A stretch of DNA of 63,872 bases, filler included, from Conidiobolus incongruus B7586 (lineage: Eukaryota), in the NCBI GenBank assembly GCA_000697335.1. It is 7 parts of 7 records of this genome, joined end to end, with 100 filler letters (N's around TTAATTAATTAA, not from the genome) between each part and the next. Parts side by side here need not be neighbours in the genome. Positions count along the whole stretch, not along the records: positions 41,860 to 53,525 come from JNEM01006272.1; positions 53,626 to 61,823 come from JNEM01006275.1; positions 61,924 to 63,872 come from JNEM01006289.1; 4 more parts are not named here. One strand, written 5' to 3'. The notes beneath the pieces are model-generated. The model saw only the letters and a program-made list of their open reading frames with translations, had not been told where the DNA came from and searched no databases. A program made the translations under genes and the position numbers. Position 1 is the stretch's first letter; the number at the start of each line of letters is the position of its first letter. Below, one piece after another: positions 50,908-63,872 of this stretch.

Positions 50908-52980
50908 ATGAATCAATCTTTTGACAAGTCCAATTTCGAAGATCCTTCATATTTGATCGAAGAATATGAATGGATTCCTTTATATGATACCACCCTTGTT
51001 CGTAATCTGGATGTGATTTGTCCAAAATACACCGAGCTCATCAACGAGCAACCTTCCACTGCTTCAGCCGCCACGGTGACCAACTTCATCGTTCAGCACA
51101 CCGAAGTCATGTTGGAAGTCAAAACCACTTTCCCTCAGCAAAAACTATTCAGCTTGAAAGAAGTTACCAAACCACTCAAAGAATTCCAATCATTGGCTCT
51201 CAATTTGCAATTTGAAATGAAGCAATTCTCAAGGTTGAGTTTATTAGAATTGGGCGATGTTAGAGAAATGAGTGAAGAAGATTACTTCAGTCTTGTTAAA
51301 GTCAGTTTAATTGAATTCTACAATCGAGTCTGGGAAAGTCAAAGCGAAACAGGTAAAGAAAGCTTCAAACAGTTCTTGAAGCAAAAGCCTCAGCCTTTGC
51401 AGGTCTCAAAAAATGATAATAAATCAGGCAAGAGCACTCCTAGCTCTAAGAGATCTTCAAGACCTTTGAGTGCAACGGTATTTGCTAATAAACTTATACA
51501 CAAACTCTCTGGAGTTGGAAGATCAAATAGCAACTTGAATCTCAGCCAATCTCAATCGCAATGTTCCACTCCAAAATCCCAATCACCGCCATTGTCCCGT
51601 GACACTTCAATCAAAATGCTAAACGCTTCACGATTCCTTAAAAATGCCGTAACGCTCAGCGCAGGTAACACACCAGTATCAAATATGGCGGTGCAAATTT
51701 CATTCGAATCGAGCGAGTATGACTTACCCCCTTTCACACTAAAAGTTACAGTTGATATCACATTAGAGAGGCTTGTGAAGGCAGTTCGTAATAAGTGCAT
51801 TTTAGATGGCCACCCAATACCAGATCCCTATTTCCAATTTGTCCAAATTGATCAACCTGAAACCAAAATCAACTCGGAAAATTTGCAAGACTTTCTAACC
51901 TCTTTGGGTCATCATCAGTTGAATATTATTGCCGATGATGCTCAGCTTGGATCTCCAGACTCCACTCTCCTCACTCCCTCTGTCATGCCCAAGTTGACGC
52001 GCAGCAATACTCAAGTGGTGGCTAAACGCCCTCAGCCTAGACAAAGGAATCAGAAAGTATCTAGGGTCTTGAATGGATTAGATTTAGGTGTCTTTGTTAA
52101 TGAACCTCCTGTCATTCCTCCCAGAAGAAGAACTACCAAAACTCCAAACCCCGCTCTCCAAGCTAAGGTGAACCAAAATTCTTCCAAATTGAACCTTACC
52201 ATACCTCCTATCAAAGCTCCTTATGCATCGTCTATTCCACAGTTAGATAGTGAACGATCAAGTCTTGAAGACTCCTCCTCCGAAAAAGATTCTCCAATTA
52301 CCCCTACATCCAGTCCACCTACTAATCCTATCCTTCTCAACTTCAAGCAAAAGCATGATCCTGAAGCCAAATCTCCTACTGCTGCTAAGAGAGCCTCCAA
52401 ATTCTTTCGCTCTTTGACCATGAAATTTGACAAATCTAAAAGTTCAAGCTTACAAACAAGCCCCACCTTAGTTCGTTCTCAAACATCAATTCCTAAATCC
52501 TCTCCCCAAAAGGAGACACTCGTCTTTAAGAATCTTTTAGAAGGAGGTCAACTTGAATTCCCTGGATGTAATAATGATAGTTTAGGACTTCAAAGCAATG
52601 GTGTTCAACACCTTAACATCTCTGTTACTATCAACCATGACCTCAAGTACCACTTCGAACTTGATCCTTACCAGCCCACATATACCTCAGTAATGAATCG
52701 AGTGATCTATCACTTCAATCAAATTGGTGTACCTCTCCGCATCCTGAACGAAATGTGCCTAGTATATCTCTCAGAAGGCGGCAACATTGAAATCACTAAT
52801 ACCACCCAACTTCAACAGTTGATCAACGACTGCAAAGGACAAGACAACTTGGACTTGCTCCTCGTTCCCAAATCTCTCATGGAAGATGATAAACGCCGTG
52901 GGATTCAATGGGAACTTCCTCCCAACTTGTATGATTTGGGTATAGATTTGGAAGGCCAACACAGTGTCATTGTCCTCTAA
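50908..52980 (+). CDS. Hypothetical 690-aa protein, Ser/Pro-rich; possible degenerate PX-like N-terminal and PB1/ubiquitin-like C-terminal domains
   Basis: Long intronless ORF with gene-like GC and a TATAAA upstream; domain calls are by-eye pattern inference only. Confidence 0.85.
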   Translation: MNQSFDKSNFEDPSYLIEEYEWIPLYDTTLVRNLDVICPKYTELINEQPSTASAATVTNFIVQHTEVMLEVKTTFPQQKLFSLKEVTKPLKEFQSLALNLQFEMKQFSRLSLLELGDVREMSEEDYFSLVKVSLIEFYNRVWESQSETGKESFKQFLKQKPQPLQVSKNDNKSGKSTPSSKRSSRPLSATVFANKLIHKLSGVGRSNSNLNLSQSQSQCSTPKSQSPPLSRDTSIKMLNASRFLKNAVTLSAGNTPVSNMAVQISFESSEYDLPPFTLKVTVDITLERLVKAVRNKCILDGHPIPDPYFQFVQIDQPETKINSENLQDFLTSLGHHQLNIIADDAQLGSPDSTLLTPSVMPKLTRSNTQVVAKRPQPRQRNQKVSRVLNGLDLGVFVNEPPVIPPRRRTTKTPNPALQAKVNQNSSKLNLTIPPIKAPYASSIPQLDSERSSLEDSSSEKDSPITPTSSPPTNPILLNFKQKHDPEAKSPTAAKRASKFFRSLTMKFDKSKSSSLQTSPTLVRSQTSIPKSSPQKETLVFKNLLEGGQLEFPGCNNDSLGLQSNGVQHLNISVTINHDLKYHFELDPYQPTYTSVMNRVIYHFNQIGVPLRILNEMCLVYLSEGGNIEITNTTQLQQLINDCKGQDNLDLLLVPKSLMEDDKRRGIQWELPPNLYDLGIDLEGQHSVIVL

Positions 52981-53525
52981 AAATTTCCTATATGTCAAAA
53001 TCTAACAAGTGTATAAATTTTATAATATTTAATAAACAAAAAAAACTAGAAATTTTTATTTAACCTATAATTATCTATTGAATAACTTAGTTAATATTTT
53101 TTACTAACAAAATTTAAATATTTTAAAATATTTATTAACCAATTTTAAACCAATTGAATAACTAATTTGAAAAAAAATTAATATTTATTACTTTAAAATT
53201 GAATATCAAAAAAAATATATATTGAAATGATAAACTATTAAAAAATTATTATAATATAAAATTAATTTTAAATTAAATATTTTATAAATCAAGTTTGGCA
53301 AAATTTTTATTAAAATTATTAAATTTTAAAAATAATAAATTCGGAATTAATATATTAATAAGAAATATATAAATATAAATTAGATTTTCATATTTTATAT
53401 ATTATTTAAAAATTTTTCAAGGTTGAAAATAAAAAAAAATATAATTTATTATATATTATTAAGATTTAAAAATCAATAATAATTTTTTAATTTTAATTTT
53501 AATTTTTATCTTTATCTAATATATT

Positions 53526-53625
53526 NNNNNNNNNNNNNNNNNNNNNNNNNNNNNNNNNNNNNNNNNNNNTTAATTAATTAANNNNNNNNNNNNNNNNNNN
53601 NNNNNNNNNNNNNNNNNNNNNNNNN
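53526..53625. other. Artificial assembly linker
   Basis: N44-TTAATTAATTAA-N44. Confidence 0.97.
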
Positions 53626-55421
53626 ATAAATAGAGAATAATTTAAATTATATATTGATATAACAGAATATTTAAATTGAATTTAATAAATTAAAATTTGA
53701 ACTACTTTTAATTTATTTCAATATATTTTATTTATTTATAAAGATAATATCAATATTATAGTGATAAAGAATTTATCATTATTTTAAATTTTCAACCTAA
53801 TAAAATTTTTTATTAATGAAAAATAATATAAAAATTGAGTGTATAATTTGAATATTAATAGAGCTAAAACTCATAACTTCTAATAAATTCAATAAACTAA
53901 TTAAGAATGAAGATGAAGGAATATGATTCTTATTATTACAATAACTAATATCAAAATATCAGTTAAGAGGAGTAATTTATAATTTCATTGGGTAATTTAT
54001 AATGAATGTGAAATTTTTTAAAGTCCAAATTAATTATCTCAAAAAATAAAATACTCGGTTTAATCATAAAAGTAAATGCAAATTCTATATGAATCAAAGA
54101 TTTAGAGTATTTAATATTTTAATTTTGAATTAAAATCATGATATTCATTATCCAACATCATATTATGAAATATCTATATTTAATTTTGATTCAAGAAACC
54201 AGATTAATAAAATTTAATTGGAAATGATTTTTTCCAAAACTAATCAATTTTAAAAATTTCATTACAACAAATTGAAATCAAGTAAAAACCCAAAATACTG
54301 AAAGTATATAAAAAATAAATGTTATTATATATTTCTCTGTTCACTGATCATCGTCGCATTGCGATATATATTATTTATCTTTTCATGTATCAAAACAATA
54401 TTCATTAATTATAATATATGAAGCTTACATTGGATTTAAAACAAATATTGACTCTATTATAGAGTGTATATATATATATTTATATATATTATGCTACTAT
54501 TAATTGGTTTGACATTTGATCAGTTTCTAGTTAACTATTGAATTTTATACATTTGACTATAGGAAAGATATTTTAAATAATTTCAAAATGATAATATTTC
54601 CTTTAAACTTTTCAAAATTATATGATAAATAGTATTAAATGATATCAACTCACCTATTATATTGTGATGATGATTGCCAAAATTATAAGTAAATATTATA
54701 TTCATTCCTAAACTAATATAATAGTCGTTATTGCTTGAGTAAATTTCTCACCAAAATGAATTAATATGATACTCATAAATATCCAATGATTTGGAAAACT
54801 CTAATATAAGATTATGTTCATAAAGCTAATTTATGAGTGTATTTTATAATTTAGTATTTAATAGTATATGTTATAAACTGTTCCATTTGAAATATTTTCA
54901 TTTCATCAAAAATCACCCAAAAATATATTTTATTATTTAATAACTTATTAATAAAATCTTATAAATTTTATTATATATAAAGTATACAAATATAAAGTTG
55001 AATTTCAATTCGTTAAATTATTAAATTCCAATTGATTCGAATTTTAGATTGTATTTAAATTGATAATGATAACCAACACTGATTAAGTCATATTGATCAC
55101 ATTATATGCTCAATATTCAAACCTCAATTAATACTTATTATATCATATAAATTTTACTATTAAAGAAAAATTGTTAATATATATTAACCCATGCTATCAA
55201 TATAGTTATATCAATTATACATACAAATTAATCTTATCTAATCTTATCGACTTGGAGGATCCCACTAATTCAATCCCATAAAATATTTCAATAAATCAAT
55301 AAATCCAAGAGTAAACCAAATTTCATAACATTTAACAAAAAATTAATTGAAATTTAATAATATCAATTAACATTAAATATAAAAAAAATAAAGATATATA
55401 TTTAATTATTATTTTTTTGAA

Positions 55422-56759
55422 ATGTTGAGATTATTAAATAGTGCTAAGTCAGCTAATCAAGTCACTTCTAATTTGTTGAAAAATGTTCAAATTGTAAGCT
55501 TTCATTTTGTTTTAAGTATGTCAATTCTAATCGGTGATTTAGAGATCAGTTCACGATTTAACCATCAATCCCAGAACTGGCAAAGTTGCTATTCGTCACG
55601 GTGCTGGAGGTCGTTCCACTACTAATGAATTGGTTGCTACCGTTTTCGGTTGCACCGGTTTCATCGGTCGTTACGTAGTTAACAAAATTGGTAATATAAA
55701 ATTAGGAATTATGGGAATCAACAACTCATTTATACTTATTTAAATAGCTCGTAGAGGTACTCAAGTTGTTGTCCCCTATCGTGGTCTTCCAGATAACAAT
55801 CGTCATTTGAAATTGATGGGTGATTTGGGTCAAATTATTCCTTTGGTATGAATTTATAGCTAATGATTCGAGATCTGTAATATTAATTTTTTATTAATGC
55901 AGGAATTTGACCTCCGTAATTATGATCAAGTTATTGAATGTGTACGTCACTCAGATATCGTTGTCAACCTGATTGGTCGCTATCAAGAAACTAGGTATGA
56001 TTCATATCATTTAATATATACAATAAGATATTAATATCTATTAGAAACTTTACTTTCGACGATACTCACAATGTCGGTGCTCGCACTGTCGCCAAAGCTT
56101 GTCGCGAAACTGGTGTCCATCGCCTCATCCATGTCTCCGCTCTCAATGCTTCTGAAGATTCTCCCTCTGGATTTTTGGCCTCTAAAGCTCGTGGTGAAAA
56201 GGCTGTTTTAGAAGAATTCCCTGAAGCTACCATTGTCAGACCTGGTACCATGTACGGTTATGAAGACTATTTCCTCAATCGCATTGGTCATACCAAGCAC
56301 ATGCACCTCATGGTCAACGGCGGTCAGCAAACTCTCTACCCCGTCAATGGTTTAGATGTTGCTCTCGCCATTGAACTCTTGACCAGGGATGAATCATCTG
56401 CTGGTAAAACCTACGAATTGTATGGTCCCAAGCAATACACCTACAAGGAAATTGTCGAAATGTGCGGTGAAATTATCAAGGAATCCATCAACACAATCAA
56501 CGTTCCTGCTCCTGTCCTCAAAGCCATCTCCACTGTCATGCAAGTTTATCCCTACCGTATCCTTCGTCCTGACGAAGTCACTCGTCTCACTATCAACGAT
56601 CAACCCACCAAAGACGCTCTCAAATTCGCTGACTTGGGCATTTCTCCCCAATACTTAGAAAACACCATCCTTACCTACCTTAGAGGCTACCGTACTGCTC
56701 AATTCTATGAATTAGGTTATGATGATGAATTATCTCAAAAGAAAGCTCCCAAATTTTAA
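55422..56759 (+). CDS. NDUFA9: NADH:ubiquinone oxidoreductase 39/40-kDa subunit (SDR fold), 5 exons
   Basis: Mitochondrial presequence-like start; GAGGRST...[76 protein letters not shown]; four short introns (first 55494-55542). Confidence 0.96.
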
Positions 56760-57064
56760 AAACTTTTAACCTTAACCACTGTCTTTCAATTATTTTCTCA
56801 AATCAATAAAAATCAAATCTATTTTAATTATTATATTGATAATTTAAATATTGAATCGTTTAAAAATATTTATATACTAGTCACAACCATTTATACTTGA
56901 TTTACTAAATTGAAATATACTGTGGATAATTATAACTATCAAACATGGAAATGATACAAATAAATAAATTTGTATAAAAAAATTTGGGTAAGTATAATGG
57001 TGGTGAGTAGTAGATTTGAATCAAAGTAAAATTTATTAATAACAACCTATATAAAATATATTTA

Positions 57065-58146
57065 TTAAAATAGAATCAATTGTACTTGGTTATTTTCTAA
57101 TAATGGATGCAAATGATCCTTGTAAAAATTAAATAAATCAGGACCAGTATCTCTCATATCAGCTAAGTTTAATTTGCGAACATCTCTCTGCATATCCAAA
57201 ATAACATATTTTAATCTTTGGAATTTTAAGTCTTCTACATAAAAATTATTAGTATATAGATTATATAAATAAATTGATATATTAAATTACTTGTTTCACT
57301 TAATTTTAATAATCTATTGGGGGTGCCTACACCAATGTTGAAAGTATTTTCCTTCAAAAACTGAACTTGCTCAGAGACTTTAATATGCTTAGAGAATAAT
57401 TTGGCTACTTTGGAAGTGCCTGAGATAGTTTTAAGAGCTCTATTAAATATGTACCATTAATCATCAAATTAAATTAAAGATTTTAATATAAAATTACCGA
57501 ATTAAATCAGTAGCTCTAATAGCCGACGATGTAATCATAAGCACTGTAGGATGACCAACGAATTTGGCTTTGGGTAAATCACTAAGTACAGTAGCATCCT
57601 TGATCACTATAAATCGATAACCATTAATATTTTTCACAAAAAAAGATTATATAAAATTTACCTGATTTAACAAAAGGGGCCAAATTTTCCATAATATGAG
57701 GTTCTGCATAATCAGTTGATAATTTGAAAAAAGTATCTTATCAATTAAAATTAATACGTTAAATTTATCCAAACATTTAAGTATACAATCTACCTTTGAA
57801 TTGAATCTTTTCAAATTCTTCATCAGTCAAATTTTTTAAATTAAACTTTAAACATTGGTTAAAATATTTTTCCAATTCAATAGGTGTCATATTGGGAACG
57901 TCTGCTTTGGTATCAATTTTGGCTTTCTATTCAAATTATATTATTATAAAGAAATATTAAATATTGATAATATTGGATTACTTTGGGTGGTTTAGCTTCC
58001 TTTTTACTAGTTTTGACTCTCTTTTGAGTTTTTTCATTAATTATTGATTCGCTTTCACTTTCAACTTCGCTATGTACCGGAGAAAGGTGAAAATCATCTT
58101 CTAAAGCGTCACCAGCGTAATCTCCATGATACTTGCTTTGTTTCAT
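57065..58146 (-). CDS. CMS1: Cms1/CMSS1-family 90S pre-ribosome protein (degenerate DEAD-like), multi-exon
   Basis: GDALEDDF N-terminus; HPTVLMITSSAIRATDLIR; KVAKLFSKHIKVSEQVQFL; IGVGTPNRLLKL; LKYVILD..RDVRK; TAA at 57067-57065. Confidence 0.88.
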
Positions 58147-58362
58147 TTTAATCTATTCAAGTTAAATCTAAATTTCTATTTATTTTCCAAAATTTTAATG
58201 CTATTTTTGTAATATTAACAAATATTTATAATAATTTATAGAAATTTGATTTTATGGGATTTTTAAGAACAATAATGATCAATTAATTGAAAAATGATAA
58301 TAATTAAAATGTATATTTATAACAAATTTCAGTTAATAACTAAATTAGAATGTGAAATTTAT

Positions 58363-59938
58363 TTAATGTGATACCTCTTGCAAACTCAACCAATTTCTAA
58401 TACTCTTTACCTTACTAAAGTAGAAGGGCTTAAATTGCTTCAAGCTGTATATGGAGCGATCATCGAAAGACTCATCACGAATATCTGTTGAATAATATTC
58501 AATCCAAGATAACTTGTTAAAGAGACCACGATGGGTTGATTTCAAGTTTAATAGTGCATAGAATGTCAAATGTCGGCGGTGAGGTTGATAATCCTTGAAT
58601 TCAATGTTCAAATAATCGCGTGTGGTTTCGAAATGGCCGTGCATAATTCCTTTGTACTTGGACTCTTTGTATAATTGTTTAACTACATTGATAGGCTCAT
58701 CAGGTGTCAATAATTTGAGGAGTGTACCGTCTGGATAGAAGCGGATATAACGGTAGTAGGTAACCAAATGAACGGGGTTGTTGAATGTATTCTCTGAAGA
58801 TCCTTGGCGAACATAGCAACAGGTTGAGATGTAAATTCCATCGTATCTAATTCTGGGATATTCAGTCCAAAAATATTGATATACGCCAAGATAATACTCG
58901 TCAACAAATGCATCCAAAGTGTATCCAGGGTTTGTCTTTTGAAAGTGTTTGTAATTACAAAACATTGGATCATAATACAACTGTACCAAATGATGCCAAA
59001 GTGACTGTTCTCGAGTTATTAAGAAGGATCTCTTACAAGTGAGACTGAAATGATGAACACTTGACATATCGTTTAGAATTAAACACTGCAAAATTTTTAC
59101 AATGAGCTCTTTAGGAAGCAAGTTTAGATAAACGGGCTTCTTTTTATCTGCAGCACCATATTCCAAAAGGTTTGATGTTTTATCATTTGAAGTGTCTGAG
59201 TCTTCTTCAATTTTTTCAATTTCCGCGGCTTGACCATCATATTCCTCCTTTTGTTCATCTTCTTCAGAACTAGGAGGATTAAACCAAGATTCTACCAACT
59301 TGTGCAATGGATCAACCTTTTTCAAATCTGCCTGATGACTAGCCTTTTGGTCCTTGTCTCCTGGTGAAAGATGAGATTTATAATCATCGTCCAAGTGAAG
59401 ATATTTGATAAACTCGAAATCCTCTTCATTTTTGCTAAATGAACTGGAGTCACTAGTACTTAATTTGGACTCTTCCGTTTCTTTCCTTAAATAGGTACGA
59501 TATGATAAATCGACATCAGGGTCTAACTTAAAAGCTCTACGATAATACAGTAAAGCTAAAAAAATATTTGAATCTGAAATTTATTTTATAAATATAAAAT
59601 TATGTACCTTGACCTAAGTTGCCCTCTCTCTCTTTTTGAACAGCAAGTTTATAAGTTTCCAAAGCTTTTGACTTCCTCTCACTGTAGCTCAAATTCTTGA
59701 TAGAGGTCATATCGACAGTCTCATGATGTTTTGGTAACTGGGTTGAATCACTTTTTGGTCCCTGATCAAGGTTTCCAGTCAGAGGTTCTTGACTTGTAGC
59801 ATTATTAAGGTTGGAAGTCCCAGAAGTACTGGGGTGGTGATGATCAGGATACTTTTGTTTCACTTCATTTATCCAATTCTCTCTAAATTCATCCAATTCC
59901 GATTTCTCTTGAAAATTTGAAGATTGTTCAACAGTCAT
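58363..59938 (-). CDS. HRT3: F-box protein of the Hrt3/Pof7/FBXO9 family; 2 exons (59938-59608, 59555-58363)
   Basis: ELDEFRENWINEV; AVQKEREGNLGQALLYYRRAFKLDPDVD across a 52-nt intron; F-box LLPKELIVKIL; PRIRYDGIYISTCCYVRQG; PVHLVTYYRYIRFYPDG; FKPFYFSKV. Confidence 0.93.
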
Positions 59939-60412
59939 TAGTCACTATTAAAAAATTGAAAATATTAAATACTATAATATATTAACATTCAATATAAGTA
60001 TTGATAAAAATTTCTATATTCAAGTGAATTATACAAAGAAAAGCATTTATCCAAAAATAATGACTAAGAAAAAATCTATCATGGATAATGATTGTGATTA
60101 CTAATACAAATCACTGATGAATCAGATCCCTTTTATTTATGTTACACCTAAAAATCATCATTTTTGTATCAAATTCATGATTTTTTATATTCAAATTTGG
60201 AAAATACATTCATTAAATTACTATAAAATATAATATAATAAGTGATCATAGTTAATAAATTCTAATTAGGTAAATATAGTATAATAATTGATTAAATAAG
60301 GAATATAAATTAACTCCTTATATTTAACTTTTGATAATCGATTATGATATTTGAGATGAGAAAAATTCACAAATAGATTCTCAAAAAATTTTGTATCTAG
60401 ATAAGGAAATTG

Positions 60413-60458
60413 AAATATTAAAATATTAAAATATTAAAATATTAAAATATTAAAATAT
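60413..60458 (+). repeat. Tandem repeat (AAATATTA) x ~5.5
   Basis: Seen directly. Confidence 0.8.
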
Positions 60459-61499
60459 GATTGAATCCGTTACAACTATTTATCATTTTTTAATGTAGAA
60501 AATAAAATAATTTTTTCTTTAAATTTAATATATTACTCTAAACAATGGTATAATAACTTTAGATATTGAATATAACAGTCAACTTTTTCAAATCAGAGTT
60601 GGTTATGTCTTCCTTATAAGGAACTAAGCTTCACATAATTATATACCAGAGTCTCTATATAAATATAATCTTATAGACTTAGAATTGGAAATAATTAAAG
60701 TGTTTAATATCATCTGTTATAGTTATTTATGTTCATAACCAGTCTTGATATTGGATTTCATAATTTTAAGTCAAAACTGTTTCGATGAATAATTTGATAT
60801 TTATGATATTACAGAAAAATAGTATTCATAAATCATTAAGGTACTATCAAAATACAATAACTAGATATTGTTTTTATGATAGATTAATATAAAACTAAAT
60901 ATGAAATAATATACTCAAATTATATAATGCATTATGACTGATATTATAAATTACATTTATGATGAAATATTACTTTGTAATTTAAATAATGGGAATTTTT
61001 TGTAATTGAAAAAAATAAACATTTTAATATATAATGAATAAAAATAATAATATAATATAAATTTAATAGTTTTTTTTTATTTGTAATAACTTTTTGCCAT
61101 ATTTTTAACAAAGTTCTAACACTTAAAAAATAGTTCTTTTTATTAAAGACTGAAATTTGATATTTCACAACCAATTAAATTAATTTATAAGAAAATTTTT
61201 CCTATAAATTAATTTTTAAATTTTTGAAAAAAAATATAATCACATAAGTTATAATTATATGAATATATTAAATATAGTATCATATCCTAATTTTTTTATA
61301 TGAAATTTTTTTAACAATTTTAACTTTATATATTTTATAATTATCATATAAAATAATAGTTATTTTTAATTTATTTTTAAAAACATTATTTGAAAATTAA
61401 TTTATTTAAAAAAATAATATAACATTTACTATCAATTAATTTTACTTAAGGTATTAAATAAAAAGACTATATATTTTCTAATATATTATAATAATTAAT

Positions 61500-61820
61500 A
61501 TTTGCTTATATTTAAAATATTTATTCATTAGAATTTATAAAAAAATTAATTAAGTTTAATCTAGCATTTTGTTTTATTTATAGATAATAGATTATATAAA
61601 AGAATTTAAGATTTATTAATTATAAGTATTTATTTCAAAAACCTTTGTTTTTAGTTATATTATAATAAATTTAGCTTAGCTATAGCTATTCTAGTTTTTT
61701 TCTAGGTATTTATTTTATATTTTTATTAATTAATTTAAGTTGAAATTTTAAATAAATATTATATACTAATATAATAATATTAAATTATTTTAATAATTCC
61801 TTAATTAAAATAATAAGATA
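61500..61820 (-). mobile_element. Mariner relic fragment
   Basis: 61590-61740 aligns by eye with 1868-2040. Confidence 0.55.
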
Positions 61821-61823
61821 TTT

Positions 61824-61923
61824 NNNNNNNNNNNNNNNNNNNNNNNNNNNNNNNNNNNNNNNNNNNNTTAATTAATTAANNNNNNNNNNNNNNNNNNNNN
61901 NNNNNNNNNNNNNNNNNNNNNNN
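61824..61923. other. Artificial assembly linker
   Basis: N44-TTAATTAATTAA-N44. Confidence 0.97.
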
Positions 61924-62383
61924 TTTTAAAATAAAATAATTAAATAAAATGCTTATGAAAAATTAATAGTATAATATAATTTTTATTTTTGATTATTAAA
62001 AAAATAATACAAATTTTTTTTTGAAGAAATATAAATCCTCTCTTTACATAAATATTAAATTTCTATAATTTCTTATATAGAGTTGAAATTAATATATTTT
62101 TAATAGTAAATGAATAAAATAGTAAAATAATAAAATAATAAAATAACTGATTAACTTTATTTTTAACCAATAATTTAATAGTTATTAATTAAAATATTAA
62201 TTTAAAATTTAACAAGATATATTAAAATTATATAGGTTTATTAGTAAAGAATAAATTTATATTAATTTATATATATTTTGTATTTATTTTGATATTTTAT
62301 TATTAAATATAGTTGTTATATTAAAAAATCTATTATGTATAATAAAATATTTAAATCTTTATTTAAAATATTATATATATATA

Positions 62384-63872
62384 TATTAATCTACAAAAGT
62401 CAGTTATAAAATCAAAAAAATTTATATTTTTACTAATTACTTGATTAATATTTAATAAAATAAACCTAAATTAGATAATTCAAATCTATTATATTAATTA
62501 ATAATATGGATCATTAAATTATGATATTTAGTTATTAAAATGATAAAATATAAACTCTTAAATTTTCCCAAAGGTAAGTTAAAAATTTCTAAATTTTTGG
62601 TCATAAAAAAAATTAAAACCTAATATATCTACTTTTAACTTTTCTAATTTCTTTAAGTCTAAAGGGTATAAGGTTAATTAACTTTTTATATTAAGAAAGG
62701 TTAATCTTGTTTTATGCTTCCTAAATATATTCCTAAATCTAATTTCAATTTTTTTCAGAAGAAAGCTTTAATAGCTTTTTTAACTAATTCTAAAGATATT
62801 TAATTAGGTTAAAATTAAAAGATTAAGGAGGTTACTTTATAATTGCTATCTTATTATTTTTAAGCTATTTGCTAAAAGAAATTATAATATCACAAAAGGT
62901 ATTATCTTATTAAAAAATAATATTAAATTTGTTTAACCTATATTATTCAATAGTATTTTTTAATTTATTATTCAAAATATTTTAATATATCTTAATATTA
63001 ATTCCCCTATTAACTTTATAAAGATATTTTACAATTGAAGACAATATATATTCCTTAACAATAATTAACTTATTATTATACTTTTGGGTAAAATTAACAT
63101 TATGGTTATAAAATAGTTTTGCATCTTTTTTAAAATATTTAGCTTTTCCATTAGATTTACTAAAGTATATTTTTGTTTTATTAAACTAAATAACCTTATT
63201 TTAATTAGTTTTAGTTTAATATTAATAATGACAATTAAATTCCAACCTAACTTTACAATGTGATTTCTTTAGTTATGGGTGTTTTTTCTTAAGATATAAG
63301 CAATATCTATATTAATATAAAACACATATAATATTATTAATGCTAATTAATATTTTTATATAGTCTCATAATTCTTGTTATATTTCTACAGTAATATTAT
63401 ACTGACTTATATTAATTAACATTTAGATATACTTCTAAAAATATTTATTTATAATCCTAGCATATTTAAATTTAAGTTTAAATATGTTTTTATTGCTATT
63501 TTTAATAGCTTTAACTATTGTAGACTAGCTAACACTAGTAATTCTAATAATATCATAAGTTAATTTATTTTTTTATAAAATAAAATGATATATAAGTGAA
63601 TTTTTTTAAAGAGGGATTTAAGTATAATAATATTAATTAATAAAATTTACTATATTTATAAAATATAATATAAAATAATAATAAAGAGAGAAAACAGATA
63701 TGGTTATATATTGTTAAATATATCCTTTTATCTCAAAAACTTGCAAATTTATAACTCACTTTGGTTAAATATTAAGAATTAATATTTTTGCTAATAGTTT
63801 ATTAAATATATTTAAATATATTTACATATTATCAAATAATATAGCTTAATTATATATTATAATTTTTGGTAA
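62384..63872 (-). mobile_element. Second degenerate Tc1 copy, uninterrupted; runs off the window inside the right TIR
   Basis: TA|TATTAATCTACAAAAGTCAGTTATAAAATC matches the TIR; minus strand gives K*LKNNKIAIIK*PP*SFNFNLIKYL* and IPFRLKEIRKVKSRYIRF*; co-linear with 30420-31237 plus 36961-37340. Confidence 0.88.

Noticed and set aside
60413..60458. Short repeat array as CRISPR or telomere
   Set aside because: Spacerless 8-bp AT tandem repeat in eukaryotic DNA; no CRISPR array or cas genes in the window.
3902..61174. AT-rich short ORFs (3902, 7627, 13570, 21604, 49096, 60944)
   Set aside because: Ile/Leu/Phe/Asn/Lys/Tyr-biased chance ORFs, several with non-ATG starts, with no motif support.

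Overview
Very AT-rich eukaryotic DNA. The gene set (ALR/CorA, Cms1, Hrt3/Pof7, NDUFA9, COPE) and ~50-60 nt GT-AG introns point to a fungus; an early-diverging, Conidiobolus-like one is my unverified inference. The window is seven segments joined by six artificial 100-nt N44-TTAATTAATTAA-N44 linkers, so adjacency across them is not guaranteed. It holds a three-gene CorA Mg2+ transporter cluster, tRNA-Gly and tRNA-Asp, COPE, NDUFA9, Cms1, an Hrt3/FBXO9 F-box gene, a 690-aa orphan, a small membrane protein and a kinesin pseudogene. The rest is a graveyard of Ty3/Gypsy chromoviruses, Tc1 and mariner DNA transposons. Main signals: (1) three paralogous tiny secreted Pro/Asp-rich peptide genes (35-48 codons), below the ORF-track cutoff; (2) heavy one-directional C>T/G>A (RIP-like) erosion of repeats, readable by aligning LTR copies, apparently also affecting the kinesin gene; (3) a complete Gypsy element nested in a long-TIR Tc1 element, with an empty-site paralog in the same window; (4) animal-type DD34D mariner relics; (5) a CorA paralog with GMR instead of the GMN signature.
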